DNA from: Neolecta irregularis DAH-3
Lineage: Eukaryota
Direction of reading: 5' to 3'
Length of the DNA stretch: 64,000 bases
NCBI GenBank assembly: GCA_001929475.1
Contig: LXFE01000152.1
Location: forward strand, 1 to 64,000
The notes beneath the pieces were generated by a model. The model had not been told where the DNA came from, did not search any database, and worked only from the letters and a program-made list of their open reading frames with translations. Both the position numbers and the translations under genes were made by a program. Below are positions 1 through 13,281 of this stretch, piece after piece (the stretch's first letter is position 1; every line of letters starts with the position of its first letter).

Positions 1-729
1 ATATATCACTCGAGTCAAAAATATTTCTCCGGTGTGCTACTTCTATACCATTAAGATAGGCAGTCGATTCTGAGACGACTGAAAACACGATTTCCGAAGC
101 GAGACAAGCGATTAGAGAAACTCGTTGTTAATAATATTCGTCCAGAGGTAAATATACCCGCTTTTTCTTTGGACATGGTACTTACGTTAGAGGAATGTGC
201 GGGTTGCATATTGTAATTGAAGACAGCGAGACGGCTATGCGGCTTTGAGGGCCGACTAATATTCACATTGCGACCCGGGCAGGGGTTATGATGCAATAGC
301 GCCACTAAGACATATTTGCTCTGCTATGCCCTCAACTTGCTGAGTATTTAAATGATTCTGAAGAGAGATTTTAGTTTCAGATATAGACTGAGAATAATGC
401 TAGTTGATATAGCGCAACTCAATGTGATGTCGATTGGATAATGAGAAATGAGAAGCAATGGATCAACTCTTTGGTAAACCCATATATGTCAGCTGTAACT
501 GGACCAATGAAGAATTATCCATGAAGAATTGGGAATGAGAATGTGGAAATATTACGGTGTAGAGCGCGTGGCCGGTGCCGTAGACGCCTGCGCGCGAAAT
601 ATCGGCAGGGGCGCCGTACTGCGAAATGGAGGTGCAGGCGTCGACGCTATTCGAACTCCCGTCCCGCCCGCCTCTCCCATCCCGCCCCTGCCTCCTCTCC
701 CGTCCTGCCTCGGCTATCCTGCACGTACT

Positions 730-780
730 CCCGCGCGTCCCTCCTGCCTCGCCCGCGCGTCCTGCCTCGCCCGCGCGTCC
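730..780. repeat. 18-bp tandem repeat (TCCTGCCTCGCCCGCGCG x2 plus partial copies) within a C-rich low-complexity block (~560-945)
   Basis: Perfect copies at 742-759 and 760-777, with partial copies on both sides. The surrounding + strand is strongly C/T-rich. Confidence 0.85.
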
Positions 781-1285
781 CACGCTTCCTGTCCGTCCTG
801 CCTGACCTGCCCCTGCCACACATCCCGCCAATCCCGCCCGACTCACGTGCCTCTCGCCTCTTTCCTGCCGACCCATCTTTCCTGTCTCCCACACCCATCT
901 GGCCTATTTGGCCCACTCACCTTGCCCGCCTGCCTGTCAGTTCCTTGCCAATATTTAAATAAATATAGAGAATTATATACATAATATCGTCATGTAAACT
1001 TGCTTTTTAACATATTCCTGCTTCTCAGCCCATCTCTGCCCTGAACGCCAGGTCACATGTTAGGTCCGGCCCATGGGCTTCTGCCCGTCTCTGACACTGC
1101 ACTGTATACGGATGCGGCTATCCCTACCCACTTTCGGCATTACGGTAAGGAGTGTATGGTTAATTTAACCGCATTTTCCGCCGTAATGCCCAAAGTGGGT
1201 AGGTATAGCCTCATCCGGGAAATCAGAAATCCATGCTGTTTTGAATAAATACACCACCAGACGATCTCGAATCTTAACAGATTCC

Positions 1286-1420
1286 ATGAAGTTCATTATT
1301 GCTCTGCCAGCGTTTCTCCTTATTGTGTCAGCTCTTCCAGCCCAGTGGAGAGACTCGAGTGGCTACATGCTTAAACGAAGGTCTATCGCTGGCGATTCGT
1401 TGAAAGCAAAGGGTTTTTAA
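1286..1420 (+). CDS. Putative 44-aa secreted prepropeptide (signal peptide + KRR processing site)
   Basis: Manual translation MKFIIALPAFLLIVSALPAQWRDSSGYMLKRRSIAGDSLKAKGF*. It has an MKF start, a hydrophobic core, a VSA-LP signal-peptidase-like site and a KRR Kex2-like site. It is below the ORF-track length cutoff. Confidence 0.5.
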   Translation: MKFIIALPAFLLIVSALPAQWRDSSGYMLKRRSIAGDSLKAKGF

Positions 1421-2146
1421 TGGATGCCCGGGAGAAGACTGTTTTCCCATTTGTTTACGAAGCAGGTGTGTTTTGCACTAGTTGTTAAGATACATGCTGT
1501 GTACTGCTGTTGTCTTTGTGTACATGATTTTGATTTATTATTCTTATTATGTTATTATCACCGGTTCTTGACACTATTGCAATATGTATATCAGTTGAAA
1601 GAATGGACCATTTTTATATCGCAGATCTTAGAAACGTGGAGCTCGATGTGGGGACTCAATCATGCCGCACGATCAGGCCACACCGGCTTTCCCCATCCCA
1701 AGCGACCTTGGCCCCCACAACGGGTCAGGACTCCGTGACATCGACAGCGACCAAAGCAGCCTGACGGTGGCAAGCAGTACCACCGAGCCAAGTCAGGACT
1801 GTCACAAGCTTTGCCACCCCGGACCCGAGAGGTGAGAGGTAGGCAGGGAGACAAACAGAGATGAGCAAGCGCAGAGGCCAGTCTTCTATGAGTAGGGCCT
1901 GGCTTGATTAGCAATTCAGGCCAAACCGGACAATATTATTCGAAGTTGCCAGGCTGACAATCCGCATCCAGTTGCTAAGCGATGATGCAGATGGATATTG
2001 CCTTGATCAATATCCGTAAAGTAACCATTCAGATGATTGACACTATGCTCATCATTATCCCCCATATGATTGAGAAATATTCGCTAAACTTGAAACTCTA
2101 TTTTTACATTGTGTATGCAAATTAAAAACCTTGCCACATCATGTCT

Positions 2147-4463
2147 TCACTTTTTCAAAAGCTCCACAACAAGTTTGGTGCCTTTTTTCTCAGGTTGCTT
2201 AGCAACGTTCTTTAATCGATCGAGATGGGTATTTAGTATCGACACAATTTCATTCTTTTTCATGCTGTCTACGTTTGAAGATTCCAGCAGGGCGAGAACT
2301 GTGAAAGCACCATCTCCTTCAGCCCACGCTTCGATATGGGCTAAAATAGAATCCATCAATTTATTTCCAAATCCGAGATCTTTCATTGTTTCAAACCCTT
2401 TGCCCTCTGAATTGAAATGGCCGCCTTGCACAAGTGTTTTGTAGAGACGACATGCATAAGAGAGATGAACAACATGCTGTGATTCGGCTGGATCACCCGA
2501 GGCCAGCTCGGCAAGGGAATTAAGTATTGAAGAAGGATTGGCTTAGCATGTGAGATTTTTCAGGATTCGATATACCTTCAGCATTCAAAACAACCTCCAT
2601 CACCACCTGACAGGCCAAAGAATTCCTAACCAGAAACTTCAAGTTGTTCTTCACGAATTCGAGTAAGCTAGGGGAAATCTTGCTCAGCAATTCCTTCTTC
2701 CGGACACAAGCGTCTTTCTTACTAAAATGATCAGAATACTGTTACATCCGATTATCGCAAACCTGGTATCCTTTCTAATCTCATGACACTTTTCCAAAGT
2801 GGATAAATTCTGTTTGAAGAAGTACCTTGGACTTGGGCCGACTAGTAAGTACAGGATGACTTTTCTCCCATATTTACTCATACATAGCTCTTCCAGCTTT
2901 GTCTCGAGCTCCGATATGATTGATTTGGAAGATAGGACAGTGTCGTCGAGAATATCGAGTATAGTAATCAGAAACATGTGGCCGAATTCATCTTCAGCCA
3001 TTCTAACTATGTAGGGCTTGCATGCTTTGATAATGATTTTTCGATTCTTAGGAGAAGCATAAGCAAAAAGGAGCATGGCGGCGTCGCAACCTTGCTTTGT
3101 GTGCACGATTTCCGGGATCTGTTCTAGGATCAACTGTAAAAGATCCTAGGCGCCATTAGATAAATCAACAGAAGATGATGCCTCGGCCTCAGCTCGATTT
3201 GCGTGAGTCATGTAGTCGAAAAGAAGGCGATGAACAAGAGTGAATCCAATGACGCCTTTATCAAAAATTGGGGCGAGATTCTCTCGAATGTTTCTTATGA
3301 TATGTTCACGCTTCTCCGGGTTGACCTTGAGGATGTCATCCAATGATCGAGGACCGTCTATTTTCTTGAATGATAAGTGTTGATCCCAAAGAGAAAAGAA
3401 ACCTTGAAGACTGCAAACTCGGGTCCATAAAAATCTTGCAAAATAGAATTCTTTTGTTTTGAATTCGTATAGTCTCTAAAAGCTTCTTCCAAAATATACG
3501 AAGCCTCCTTGTGCCGTATCAATTTGAGTATATTTTTTTCGAGTTCACCGAGTATCATCTGTTTCGTCTCTACTGTTCTTCAACGTTAGCACGATTTTGG
3601 AAAATATCTGAACCCATGATGTAGCAATTTCACAACCAAAAATTTCCCGTATAAGGATTTAGACAAGTCGACGTAATTTGTCTTTAACTCTCCCGCAATC
3701 GAATTTCGCTGAGATTTATTGGAATATTTGACCAGAGTTTGAATGATTCGAGAGGCATCGTGCTTGCATACAATCGACTGGACTTGACCTTTCACAGTCT
3801 CGTTTAGCTGTTCGATCAATTTTTGACGCTTATTACCGGGAATGGTTCGGCGCCGAACTTGTTCCCATAAATATTTGGCTTTTGCGATAATTTCGGCTAT
3901 GACCTCAGATTATATCCTAACTGTTTTAATGTACCATTTGATTTCAAGGCCCGCCGTTCTTTAGCAAGTTGTTTTTGCGCAGCATGGGCTCGCCTCGATG
4001 CTAAGAGATCAATACTACCATCAGATCTTGATTTTATACCTTCTGCCTTTTCCTCAATCGTTTGGTCAGTCGCTCTCATGGATACAGCAGCAGTGTCTTT
4101 TTCTGCTGATCCATGGCCTTCTTCACCTTCATTAATGTTCTTCCCACTTTCGATAGCTCTGGTGAAGTCATTGGTATTGCTGATCGATTCTTCTAATTGA
4201 TCAAGAACATCTTCATCATCGTCAAGATTGAGGTCATTTGCCTCTTCTAAACCTTCTTCTACATTTAATTTCTCATCGGTTTGCTCAATTTGCCTCTTGT
4301 GGAGTTTTTTCATTTTCAGCTCATATTTTTTATCCGATTTTGTTGAGCCTGGGAATGTAACTTTGGAGACCTTTGAAGTGTTCACTTTGATTTTCTTTTC
4401 GCTGCTATGTGGATCTGAAGGTTTAGAGAGAAATTTTCGCTTATTCGGAATTGCCGAAGGCAT
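2147..4463 (-). CDS. PUF6: Pumilio-homology ribosome biogenesis protein Puf6 (multi-exon)
   Basis: Exon ORFs show a basic/acidic N-terminus (MPSAIPNKRK), LAKERRALKSN, KHDASRIIQTLVKY, FYGPEFAVFK, PEIVHTKQG and DDTVL..KSII, all typical of Puf6/PUM3. Confidence 0.92.
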
Positions 4464-4954
4464 GTTGATATTAGAGGGAATGTCTACGTGCAAGCTGAGA
4501 AATAAATTTCCCTGTCGAGTTACTGAAGCAACCACGAATATGCATTTTGCCTCCTGAATCTACACATATGGGGCTGAAATCCCGAAAATATATTCTAGAT
4601 TGGCATTATTATATCATCTCTTCTTATCTTTTTTTCTCAATTTGTAATCTTATCCGAAATATCTTTGGGCGGCATCGCCATAGTAGAATTATGTTGCTGA
4701 TACCTGAAGAAACTCTGGGACAATGTCAGATATCAATAGATGATACTGTCTAAGTTCTATACTGCCTCTACGTATAATTACAGATACAATTTCAAGAACA
4801 ATACTCACGATAGCAACGCACAAGTACCCTGCAGCAAAAGGGACCGCCGACATCCCATCATCCCAACAGTATCTACACGTTAGATCAAAGGAAGCGCGAA
4901 GCAGGACATACTATCAGACCCAAGCTCACACGAGCACCAAATCCCACAAATTTG

Positions 4955-6101
4955 TTACTTTGACTGTTTACGTCGGTTAGACTCACTGCGCGATGACACC
5001 ACAGAAGTCTTCGTATTGCCAGAGAGACCCAATTCTTTCTGCATTAAATGGGACATAAGCATGATCTCTGCAAAGGTCCTGGCTCGGCCATTTTTTGTAG
5101 TTCCGACATCTGTGATTTGTCTCTGGTTCGAAAGGCTTCTGGAGTTTTCTCTTCCTCCTTTCTCAAGACCATGTAAAGTGTTGCTAAGACCTTGAGAACG
5201 AGATCTGGCAAGTTCATCAGCAAATTGGGTGACTATATTATTCACTCGAGAAAAAAGTTCATCTTTGCCTTTCCCATCTGTTGAGGAGGGAAGATCAAGG
5301 ATGCGCTCATCAGTCATTTTCATTCGCTGAAATTTCTCTGTTCGTTCTTCCTCAGTCAAAATCTTTTCTGGTTTATGGCAAATTGCGATAGAGACGCGAT
5401 GAGGGGATGTTACTGGTTCAAAATATCTCCAAATAGTGCTACATGCTTGTAGGACAGTCTTATACTTGCGACTGAGAGCATTCGCACACATCAGGGGGAT
5501 CATTCGGCCGGGTAAACCATCATCCTCAGGACGGAGCACTTGTGTGTTAATGCAAGACTACAGATTAAATTGAAATGAAAACTAGACTTACTGTGAACCA
5601 AATAACATCGAATTTTCTCATCTCAGGGTTTGTACTTATAGGTTCCGTTGCTTGGAAGTCTATATCATCATTTCATTCGAACGCCTTTGCTTGGGAAATA
5701 CCTGTCAAGAACTCCCAAAGATTTATCATCCATTTCTTTTGGTTTCCTACCCGTTGTGGAACAGGTTTGGTTTTTATAGCCGTGAACTCATCAACAAATC
5801 TTTTAAGAAATTCCCAATCAGAAGGCTCGAGGTAAGCTGGAAGAGGGTCAAACCCGTAGCTATTGCACGCGTCGATGGAACTCTGTCTGTGTATAGTCTT
5901 GAAATGAATTTGTGATCACAGGGTAAGTCTTACAGAAATAACATGCTGAGACTCTGAACGAGGAAACGAAAGCTTGGTCGGATCGAAAGGAATTGGGTGT
6001 AGTATCAAGTCCGAAATAGGAACTCGAGAGGTAGGATGATCAAATGGATCTTCCCGAGTATAGGCGACGATGGCAGCTGTGAGATAAAAAAGGGCGCGCA
6101 T
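4955..6101 (-). CDS. Hypothetical protein, ~3 exons, signal-peptide-like N-terminus
   Basis: ORFs 5916-6101 and 4955-5539 are joined by an open middle exon (~5591-5910) with short GT-AG introns. No family recognised. Confidence 0.55.
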
Positions 6102-6505
6102 GTTGATGATAGAATATACGAAAAATGTAGTCTATAATAACAGAAGCAGAAAAGATTCTCGAAGAGTCGAAAATGTCACGTGGTATTCCGTTTCGGGAGA
6201 AGCCCAATTCAAATCAAATACTGAATCATGCTCAAGATGATCTAGCTATCCGATTGGGCGAATGTGATTGGTTACCTCAAGTGATCAGAATGGTACAAAA
6301 CTACAAGGGATTTGTACCACTGACATATTGGAGTATTTTTAGGGTCAAAGTCTCTGTTAGGGACCCGAAAAGAGATATTGATCGAGCTGTCTGAAGATAA
6401 ATTGTTTACCTTGATTTTTGAGACGTGATATTATCAAGTTAATAGCAAGATAAAGTAACGATAAATATTTGAAATAACGCCAGAAGATACCCTTCTTTTC
6501 CCTCT

Positions 6506-7767
6506 TCATTTTTCCTCGATAATTGGGTCTCCTATTCCGTCCTTATTGATAGCAAAAATTGCTTCACTTTCTGGAAGACACGGTGAATCGTAAATTTTAC
6601 AAATCCGCTGTTCTCCACGTCCCTTTTTGAAACTTAGTCGTGTGGTTGATGCATGGGCCAAGATATTCTAGAGTCAAATTTTTGTTTCTCACCACCACAT
6701 ACTCCTCCAATGGGTTTCTTCGGATCTGGATTAAACATTCCTGCCGAACCATCTACCTGAGCTACGACTTGATTCGTTATGAGAACGGCGATACCAAACT
6801 GCAAATTTAGATCAAATCTTGAACAGAGGAATACTTCATCTGCCAGTCGTTGTAAGAGCCTTAGGAATTTAGCTAAATGGGTTTGTCTTGCTGAAAGTTC
6901 CCCTCTTCCTGCGAAGTCTGTCCGGTAGAGACTAGTCGCACTATCTATAACCAACAAAGAGAACCTTGGACATTAGTGGACCGCTATATCAAAATTTACC
7001 GTGACTCTGCCATCATCGACGCAGCCTGGTTCAGAAGACTCAATTGATGGTCTGCATTGTATGCTCTAGCATACGCAACATTGTCCAAGACTTCCTCCCC
7101 ATTTAACCCATACCGCTCAGCAACAGCAAGCAAGCGAACTGGACGGAAAGTTCCTTCGGTATCAATATATAGACATTTGCCTTCTCCGCCACCCATATCA
7201 ATTGGCAACTTCTCATTAATTCCCTTCACTAGTTGACGGCACCTGACATGTAACTGCTAGTGTGTGGCAGAGTTGGCTTTTACCTGTCCGAAACTCTCCA
7301 AAGACTTCCGTGATTGAACCTGTTTCAATTCCTCCTTGGAGTAGTGTATCGAGTTGTTTGGAGCCTGTGGTCAATGAAATTAATTCGCTTCTCCGAAGAT
7401 GAAATTCTGTTGCTGTTGTGAATCCCATGGGGACCATTTTTGAAGCTGAGTTGATCAAAAAATACAATGGAAAGATTCTCATACCTTCTGCAAGAATTCG
7501 ATCTGCTTTCGCTTCGGAAATGCCTTTGATTGTAAGGAGCTGCCTTTTTGGTCTGGAAGTTACTATAGCATTTCAAAGCTTCATACGTATATGCGATTGC
7601 TTCGACAGTGTTATATCCAGCTTCCATAATCTTTCGGATATCACCGCTGGTAATCCCGTTGCCCTAAAATATTAGGATCTTCCTTCGATCGAAACAACCT
7701 CAATTCTGCTGAGCGGTGTAGGTCCACTTATCTCTTCCTCGAGATTCTGCTCTTCTGTTTCTGCCAT
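6506..7767 (-). CDS. RAD51: Recombinase Rad51 (8 exons, 7 introns of 34-39 nt)
   Basis: Walker [54 protein letters not shown] and [18 protein letters not shown] and MGFTTATE favour Rad51 over Dmc1. Confidence 0.97.
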
Positions 7768-7879
7768 TTGCAGTAGGTACAAACAGACTAAGGCAATCCC
7801 GGATTATTGGTCTAATAACGTGGTGTTGAAAGAATTCGGCTTAATAGAAATCTGAAGTTGAACCGCTAACAGGAAAATG

Positions 7880-7919
7880 GCGCGTTATCGGTGGCAAAGT
7901 GAGATATACATATACGCGT
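7880..7919. promoter_or_regulatory. RAD51 upstream motifs: MCB (ACGCGT 7914-7919; GCGCGT 7880-7885) and PACE-like GGTGGCAAA (7890-7898)
   Basis: Matches to known yeast MBF and Rpn4 elements 110-150 bp upstream of the RAD51 ATG; ACGCGT and GGTGGCAAA are exact. Confidence 0.55.
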
Positions 7920-8012
7920 CTATAGCTGAGTATAAACGCCCTAGTATAAAGTGAATGGAAAAATATTGTATATCAAGACATATTGTCCGCCAAAAAGAAA
8001 AAAATAGTTAAA

Positions 8013-11000
8013 TTACAGAGAACCGCCGATTAACACGCCTATTTCATTCGCGATTTCGCGCAAGACAGGTCTGTCTTTAAGGATAATTTCCCCCCGGACG
8101 CGCTTTCTTTTGGAATTCCCTTGGCCAGGACCGAGTGAAACTGAAGGTATCCTGCTAGACGGGTGTAAAAGATGGGCAGACCGTGGCAACCGGTACGCCC
8201 ATCGATTCTCCTCCATCATTTGAAGAAATTCGTTCAGTAAACAGTTGGAGGACAACGTAGATCTACTGCCGAAGATAATTAATTTACTTTTAGCTCGAGT
8301 GAAGGCAACATTGATTCTCCGCCAATCACGAAGCAATTCTCCAACCTTCAAGATCAGACAGTAACGAGAACATCGTACATTCCGTTTCGGATTCGACCGA
8401 ACCAGTGAGATCACGATACACTCCTTATCCCTCCCTTGATATTTATCCGCTGTATTGATTTCCACTCCCCCATAATCTTGGAGCATATGCGAGATGATCT
8501 TTAACTGCGATCGATATACCGAGATAACACCGATGTCTGTGTTTTGAATACCACAGCTCGATAATGCTTCGACAGTCTATCAACCTTTAATTATTGAACA
8601 ATGTTGAAATACATGCCTGACTAACCAAATGGGCCTCAGTGTAATTCGTTATGCGGTCGCCCTTACGCTCTTCAACCGCTGGAACATCATCAGTATCGAC
8701 AAACGTCACCTTCTTGCTAATTGTTTAAATAGGCCCAACAGGGTAAATACCGTTCATCAAGTAAATCCTTCAGCCAACATTGATTCCCCAGACATAAGTT
8801 AATCCTAGAATCATGTAGAAGACTTAAACCTCCGTTCTTTGGAATTTTCAAGAATTTATTGCCGATACTATCATCTCCAACCTTCAGTTTTCCCGAATAT
8901 ATCAGCCGATTTGACAAAGCCATAATCTCCTTATTCATCCGATACTGATGTTCCAGGTTGACTACACTCTGCGGATGTGTTTCACAGAGTAATTTGAAGA
9001 GACTCACATCCAAACCACCTCTTTGAGCCTCAGCGTTTCGGACCAATGGAGGAAGCTGATAATGGTCGCCGACAAGTACGAATGTTTTCGAATAACGAAG
9101 AGGTCCGAGACTTACAGGTAATGGTATTTGGGACGCTTCATCAACAATACAATAATCAAACGTTCGTTTGGTGAATATCAAGCTGAAGGATTATTAACTG
9201 TAAAGTAAAATAAAATATACTGATTGATGCTTAAACATGTCGCTGCGACGATCTTGGGGGTAAAGTAAACTTCTTCGAGTTCGTCATAAGTTGAAGCTTC
9301 GATATCTCCTAAAATTGCAAATTTCCTCACATCCGGGTGGACCTACAGTTAGCAGCCTCTCATTTATTTCAAGTACCTTCCCTGAAGCTCCCAGTCGTAA
9401 TATTTTCTCTTCGTCATCTTTCAATTTCAAGAGGATATTGTCCACAGCAGTATGTGTATAACTAGTCAGCAACACACTCTTTCCCATAGCGACGATGGAC
9501 CGAATAATCCAAGCAATTGTGGTCGTCTTCCCCGTCCCCGGCATTCCTAGAATTAATGCGTAATCTTTGGCGCTGAGAACTTTCTCAATCGCACGTTTTT
9601 GGTCTGTGTTGAGCCCTGTTTGCGTGGTTCTAGGAATTTGAGTCTTTTCCGAAGAAAATTCAGGCGGAATATGGTGAATCAACAGCCTTTTTCGATGTTC
9701 AGGTCCATTCATGAGTTGAATGAGGTTATTTCGCACGGTTGCCATGCCATTTTTGAACTCATCTCGGTCGATTCGATATCCTATGCTTCTATCGAACGAT
9801 ATTTGCGGGGTAGATAACCCATCAATTTCAATGATTCCGTTAAATAACTGATTATGGTCTTTATTAAAACCAGGAAGTCGGGTTCGAGTGTTATGGAGTC
9901 GGCGGTCCACGGCAACGATAATAAATTCTGGGTGCAAATCTACTACAAACCCATTTGCTAAAGCGAAATGGCCCGCTTCATCACTGACAACAATTGGTTC
10001 ACCCATATTTATTTGAGAATTGAGGAACGAAAATGTTGAAGATCGCGGAGTGGTTGTCATTCCTTGTCTCTTTACAAATCGATATTGATAACGGTTGATT
10101 TTACTCCTACTTGCGTCCGATTCTGAAGGCTCGATTCCTTCGATCTTCATATCTGAGAAACAACGCCCAAGATTCTCCCGCTCAGAGCTGGTCATACTCC
10201 AAAGTTCCTTTTGGAATTTGAACATATCGGATTCCTCCTTGGTTAGGAGGTCATCCCAGTGTTTGAAGAATTGGGTATCTAATGTCGTGATATGGGAGGT
10301 TTTTTCACTAAACCAATCATGCAACCCACTCGATTCAGGAGTACCATCTTCGAGAGCCTAAAAGTCAAAAGATGATTTCAACAAGGGATCTACCTTATGA
10401 TATGTTAAACATGTGTCGGCGGCATAACACCTCTTACATGAACGAAGATCCTTCAACATGGGGGGAAGTTTGACTCGGTCAGAGATATATCTCGCCAACT
10501 CATTTCGCCTGATAATCATACCACGAATCTCATCCCTTAGAGCTGGAACCCGAATTGTTTCTTCGGTTTCCATATAATAAAGCACTCCACTCAAGACATC
10601 GATGTCTACAGCATTAACCAAATGACATCGAGGAGAAGATACCATAACGATCAGTCATCATCAATGTGTAAAGTACAGTTTGAGCACGGTGATGCAAAAC
10701 TTTTGAATTCCGTCCCGTTTTGAGTTCCAATGGCGCTATGATGGTTTTGGCAGGTTGACCGGGATGAGATAGCTTCATTTGTATGCTGACATCGATGTTG
10801 CCCTTTAGTCCGTACTTGGGTGACCAAATGTGTTCTTCAATATCAAGGATTTTGTTGATGCACATTGTGGGTTTTGATTGAGATTCACCCCGATGTTCGA
10901 CTATGGATGCCATATGCTGAGAAAATCAGACCAAATCTGTAAAGGATTATACTCCCGGTTCTGCTTTCACGAATTTATTCGCCCATCTCTGCAATAATCT

Positions 11001-12972
11001 CATTTTTTCATAAAGTTCATCTTTCACGGCTTCCGGGTTAAGACCCAGAATATACAATTGTTGAAAGTGTCCCATAACAAGTTTTTGAACCACACTGGTC
11101 ATAAAACCCGTTGAAAAATCGTTGACTTGTATAGCTTCTTGGAATATTTCATGCAAGATACTGCCAAAGACCAAGGGTTTCGAAATATCACTGGTAGCTT
11201 TGACCCGATCCTGAAGAACGGCACGTCGAATGCAACCATACGAATCGGCGACAACAGTCGACGAAATAAGCGTATCAGGATTCAGAATCACAAAGTTATG
11301 AGAGTTATCGGCAACGAAACTCTCCGATGTATTGACCTGACCGATAATATGAATAATATCACCTATCTATCAAAATATCCCATTCACAAAAACATACCTG
11401 GCCTAGCATTAATCCCGACCCAATCACCTCGTAGATAAATGATTTTTTCCACATCTGATCTTTCATTCATTACTCTTAGTATCTTTTGCATGTACAATGG
11501 GTTGTCATCCTTTCCGAAATACCCCATTCGAATTTCCAGAATTACGTATCGAGCTAATAAGGAAGGGCTCTTCAGATCTAGCTATAAGTAATCAGTCCTG
11601 TATTAAGAATAATAGACCTCATCATCAAAATTATCCCAATTATCGAAGTCAAGATCTCCAAAGTCCTCCTCCATAAGGTTGTTCCGTACTTCTTTCACAG
11701 AATCTGGTAGATTCAATTCTGTGAAAGTTGTACACGCGGTGTCAGTTAATTCTACATCAAGCATCTGAAGTTCTTGATCTAATTCTTCGCCTCCATAATC
11801 TTCCTCCTCTTCTTCAATAGCAGCTCTTTGAGATTTAATTTTATTTCGCAAGGGACTTGACGGTAATTCAGAACTACCTCGATTGACCTGCTTTTGAGGA
11901 CTTCCAAAAATCCTTGACCTCTTGCCTAACATAACGGGAGATAACTGGCCTTTCTGAGCTTGGAAAGCTTGCGTGGCGCGCATTTCTAACACATCAAGAG
12001 CTTCTATATCAAGACCTTCAAAATCGTTTCCAAAATCTTTCCCTGGACTCTCCTGAGCTTCTTTCGTGCTAGGTGAACATAAGTTTATCATCGCACTTTT
12101 ACTTCGACTGTATTCCTTTTCTGCTCGTCTGACCAAGGCCGATAGTTTCGAGTATTGAGGTTCACGACGGATTGGTTCAGAGTTGCTGCAAACTCTCCGC
12201 CTTTTGCTTTTGGGTAAAGAATGGGCTACAGGGGGCGAGTATCTTCCAGACATACATAATGGGATGGTGCTGGTTGACAGTGGATGTTTAATTGTATAGG
12301 TTTTCCATAAGTCGTTGGAAGGATCGGGTGAAGATTTGTCCTGGAGACGAACTGGCCTAATGCGCGGACGGCATTGTGGTGAGCTGGGGAGTTTCTGTCC
12401 ATTTCGAAGTAATTCAATCATTGCTATCCATAAATGCATGAAATTCAAGAAACACATACCGGCGTCTTTTCCGGAAATTAAATCGCCAGGTGATGTTTGC
12501 CAGATGACCCGATCAGGAGAAGGTTCTACCATCATTTTATCTTCTTGAGGAGTTCGGCCCCCAGCCAATTGAGAAAGTGGAAACCGATGATGAGCAGGCG
12601 TTCTAGGAAACTTCGAGTCATTAATTTTTGATAACTCATCTCTAAGAGGTTCAACTGAATCGTCCATCAATCCTTGGGGGGGCTCGGTAACAGCTCTCAT
12701 AGTCTCTCGGTCATCGTCGGATATCCTCTCAAGTAGAGGCGCTGAATTTGAAGTCATCGTTCGTTCACCGTTGTAGGCGAATCCCTTCAGCTTTCCACGA
12801 GAAGAAGCCAATTTAACAGCACTTTGAATGTCATACAAAGATGGATCATTCTCCTTCAAGTGGTGTGGCCTATGAGGACATTCATATGGCTACTTTTTAA
12901 TCATGTTCATGGCCAAGATACCTTTTTGAAGTGATCTTGCTGGAAGGACTTCGCCTTCTGACGATATGTCAT
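8013..12972 (-). CDS. DNA2: DNA replication nuclease/helicase Dna2 (multi-exon)
   Basis: Nuclease motifs FGSILHEIFQ, DIEEHIWSPKYGLKGNIDVS and PLELKTG; Fe-S cysteines CKRCYAADTC; SF1 helicase motifs GMPGTGKTT, DEASQ, VGDHYQLPP and DKYQGRDKE. Start codon approximate. Confidence 0.96.
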
Positions 12973-13281
12973 AGGAAAAGGGTGAAGGGGTCGATGGGCT
13001 GTATATGGTGGTCTATCTAAATTGAAGTCGGTGAGTAATAAATTGGATTGGATTTAACTTGGTCGATCACGGGCTCCAAAGGGGACCGCAACACGAAAGT
13101 GCCGCGAATCAGCGGAAATCATTCAAATTGCGATATTGTACAAAGCAAGGAATTACATTGACCTTTTTGTGCTGTTCGAGTATAAATTAGTTATCTTTGC
13201 AATATACTCATGTTGGTCGAAGTTGCCGGGTATTGAGCACAGCCTGTTCGGTGATTCTCGATTGACGTTCCCCTGTTAATT

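Noticed and set aside
463-984. Four overlapping ORFs of 89-151 aa
   Set aside because: They arise from stop-poor low-complexity GC sequence, and the translations simply mirror the repeat.
1720-1830. Short inverted repeats suggesting a structured ncRNA (SRP-like)
   Set aside because: The stems are short and mutually inconsistent, and there is no recognisable SRP, tRNA or snRNA consensus.
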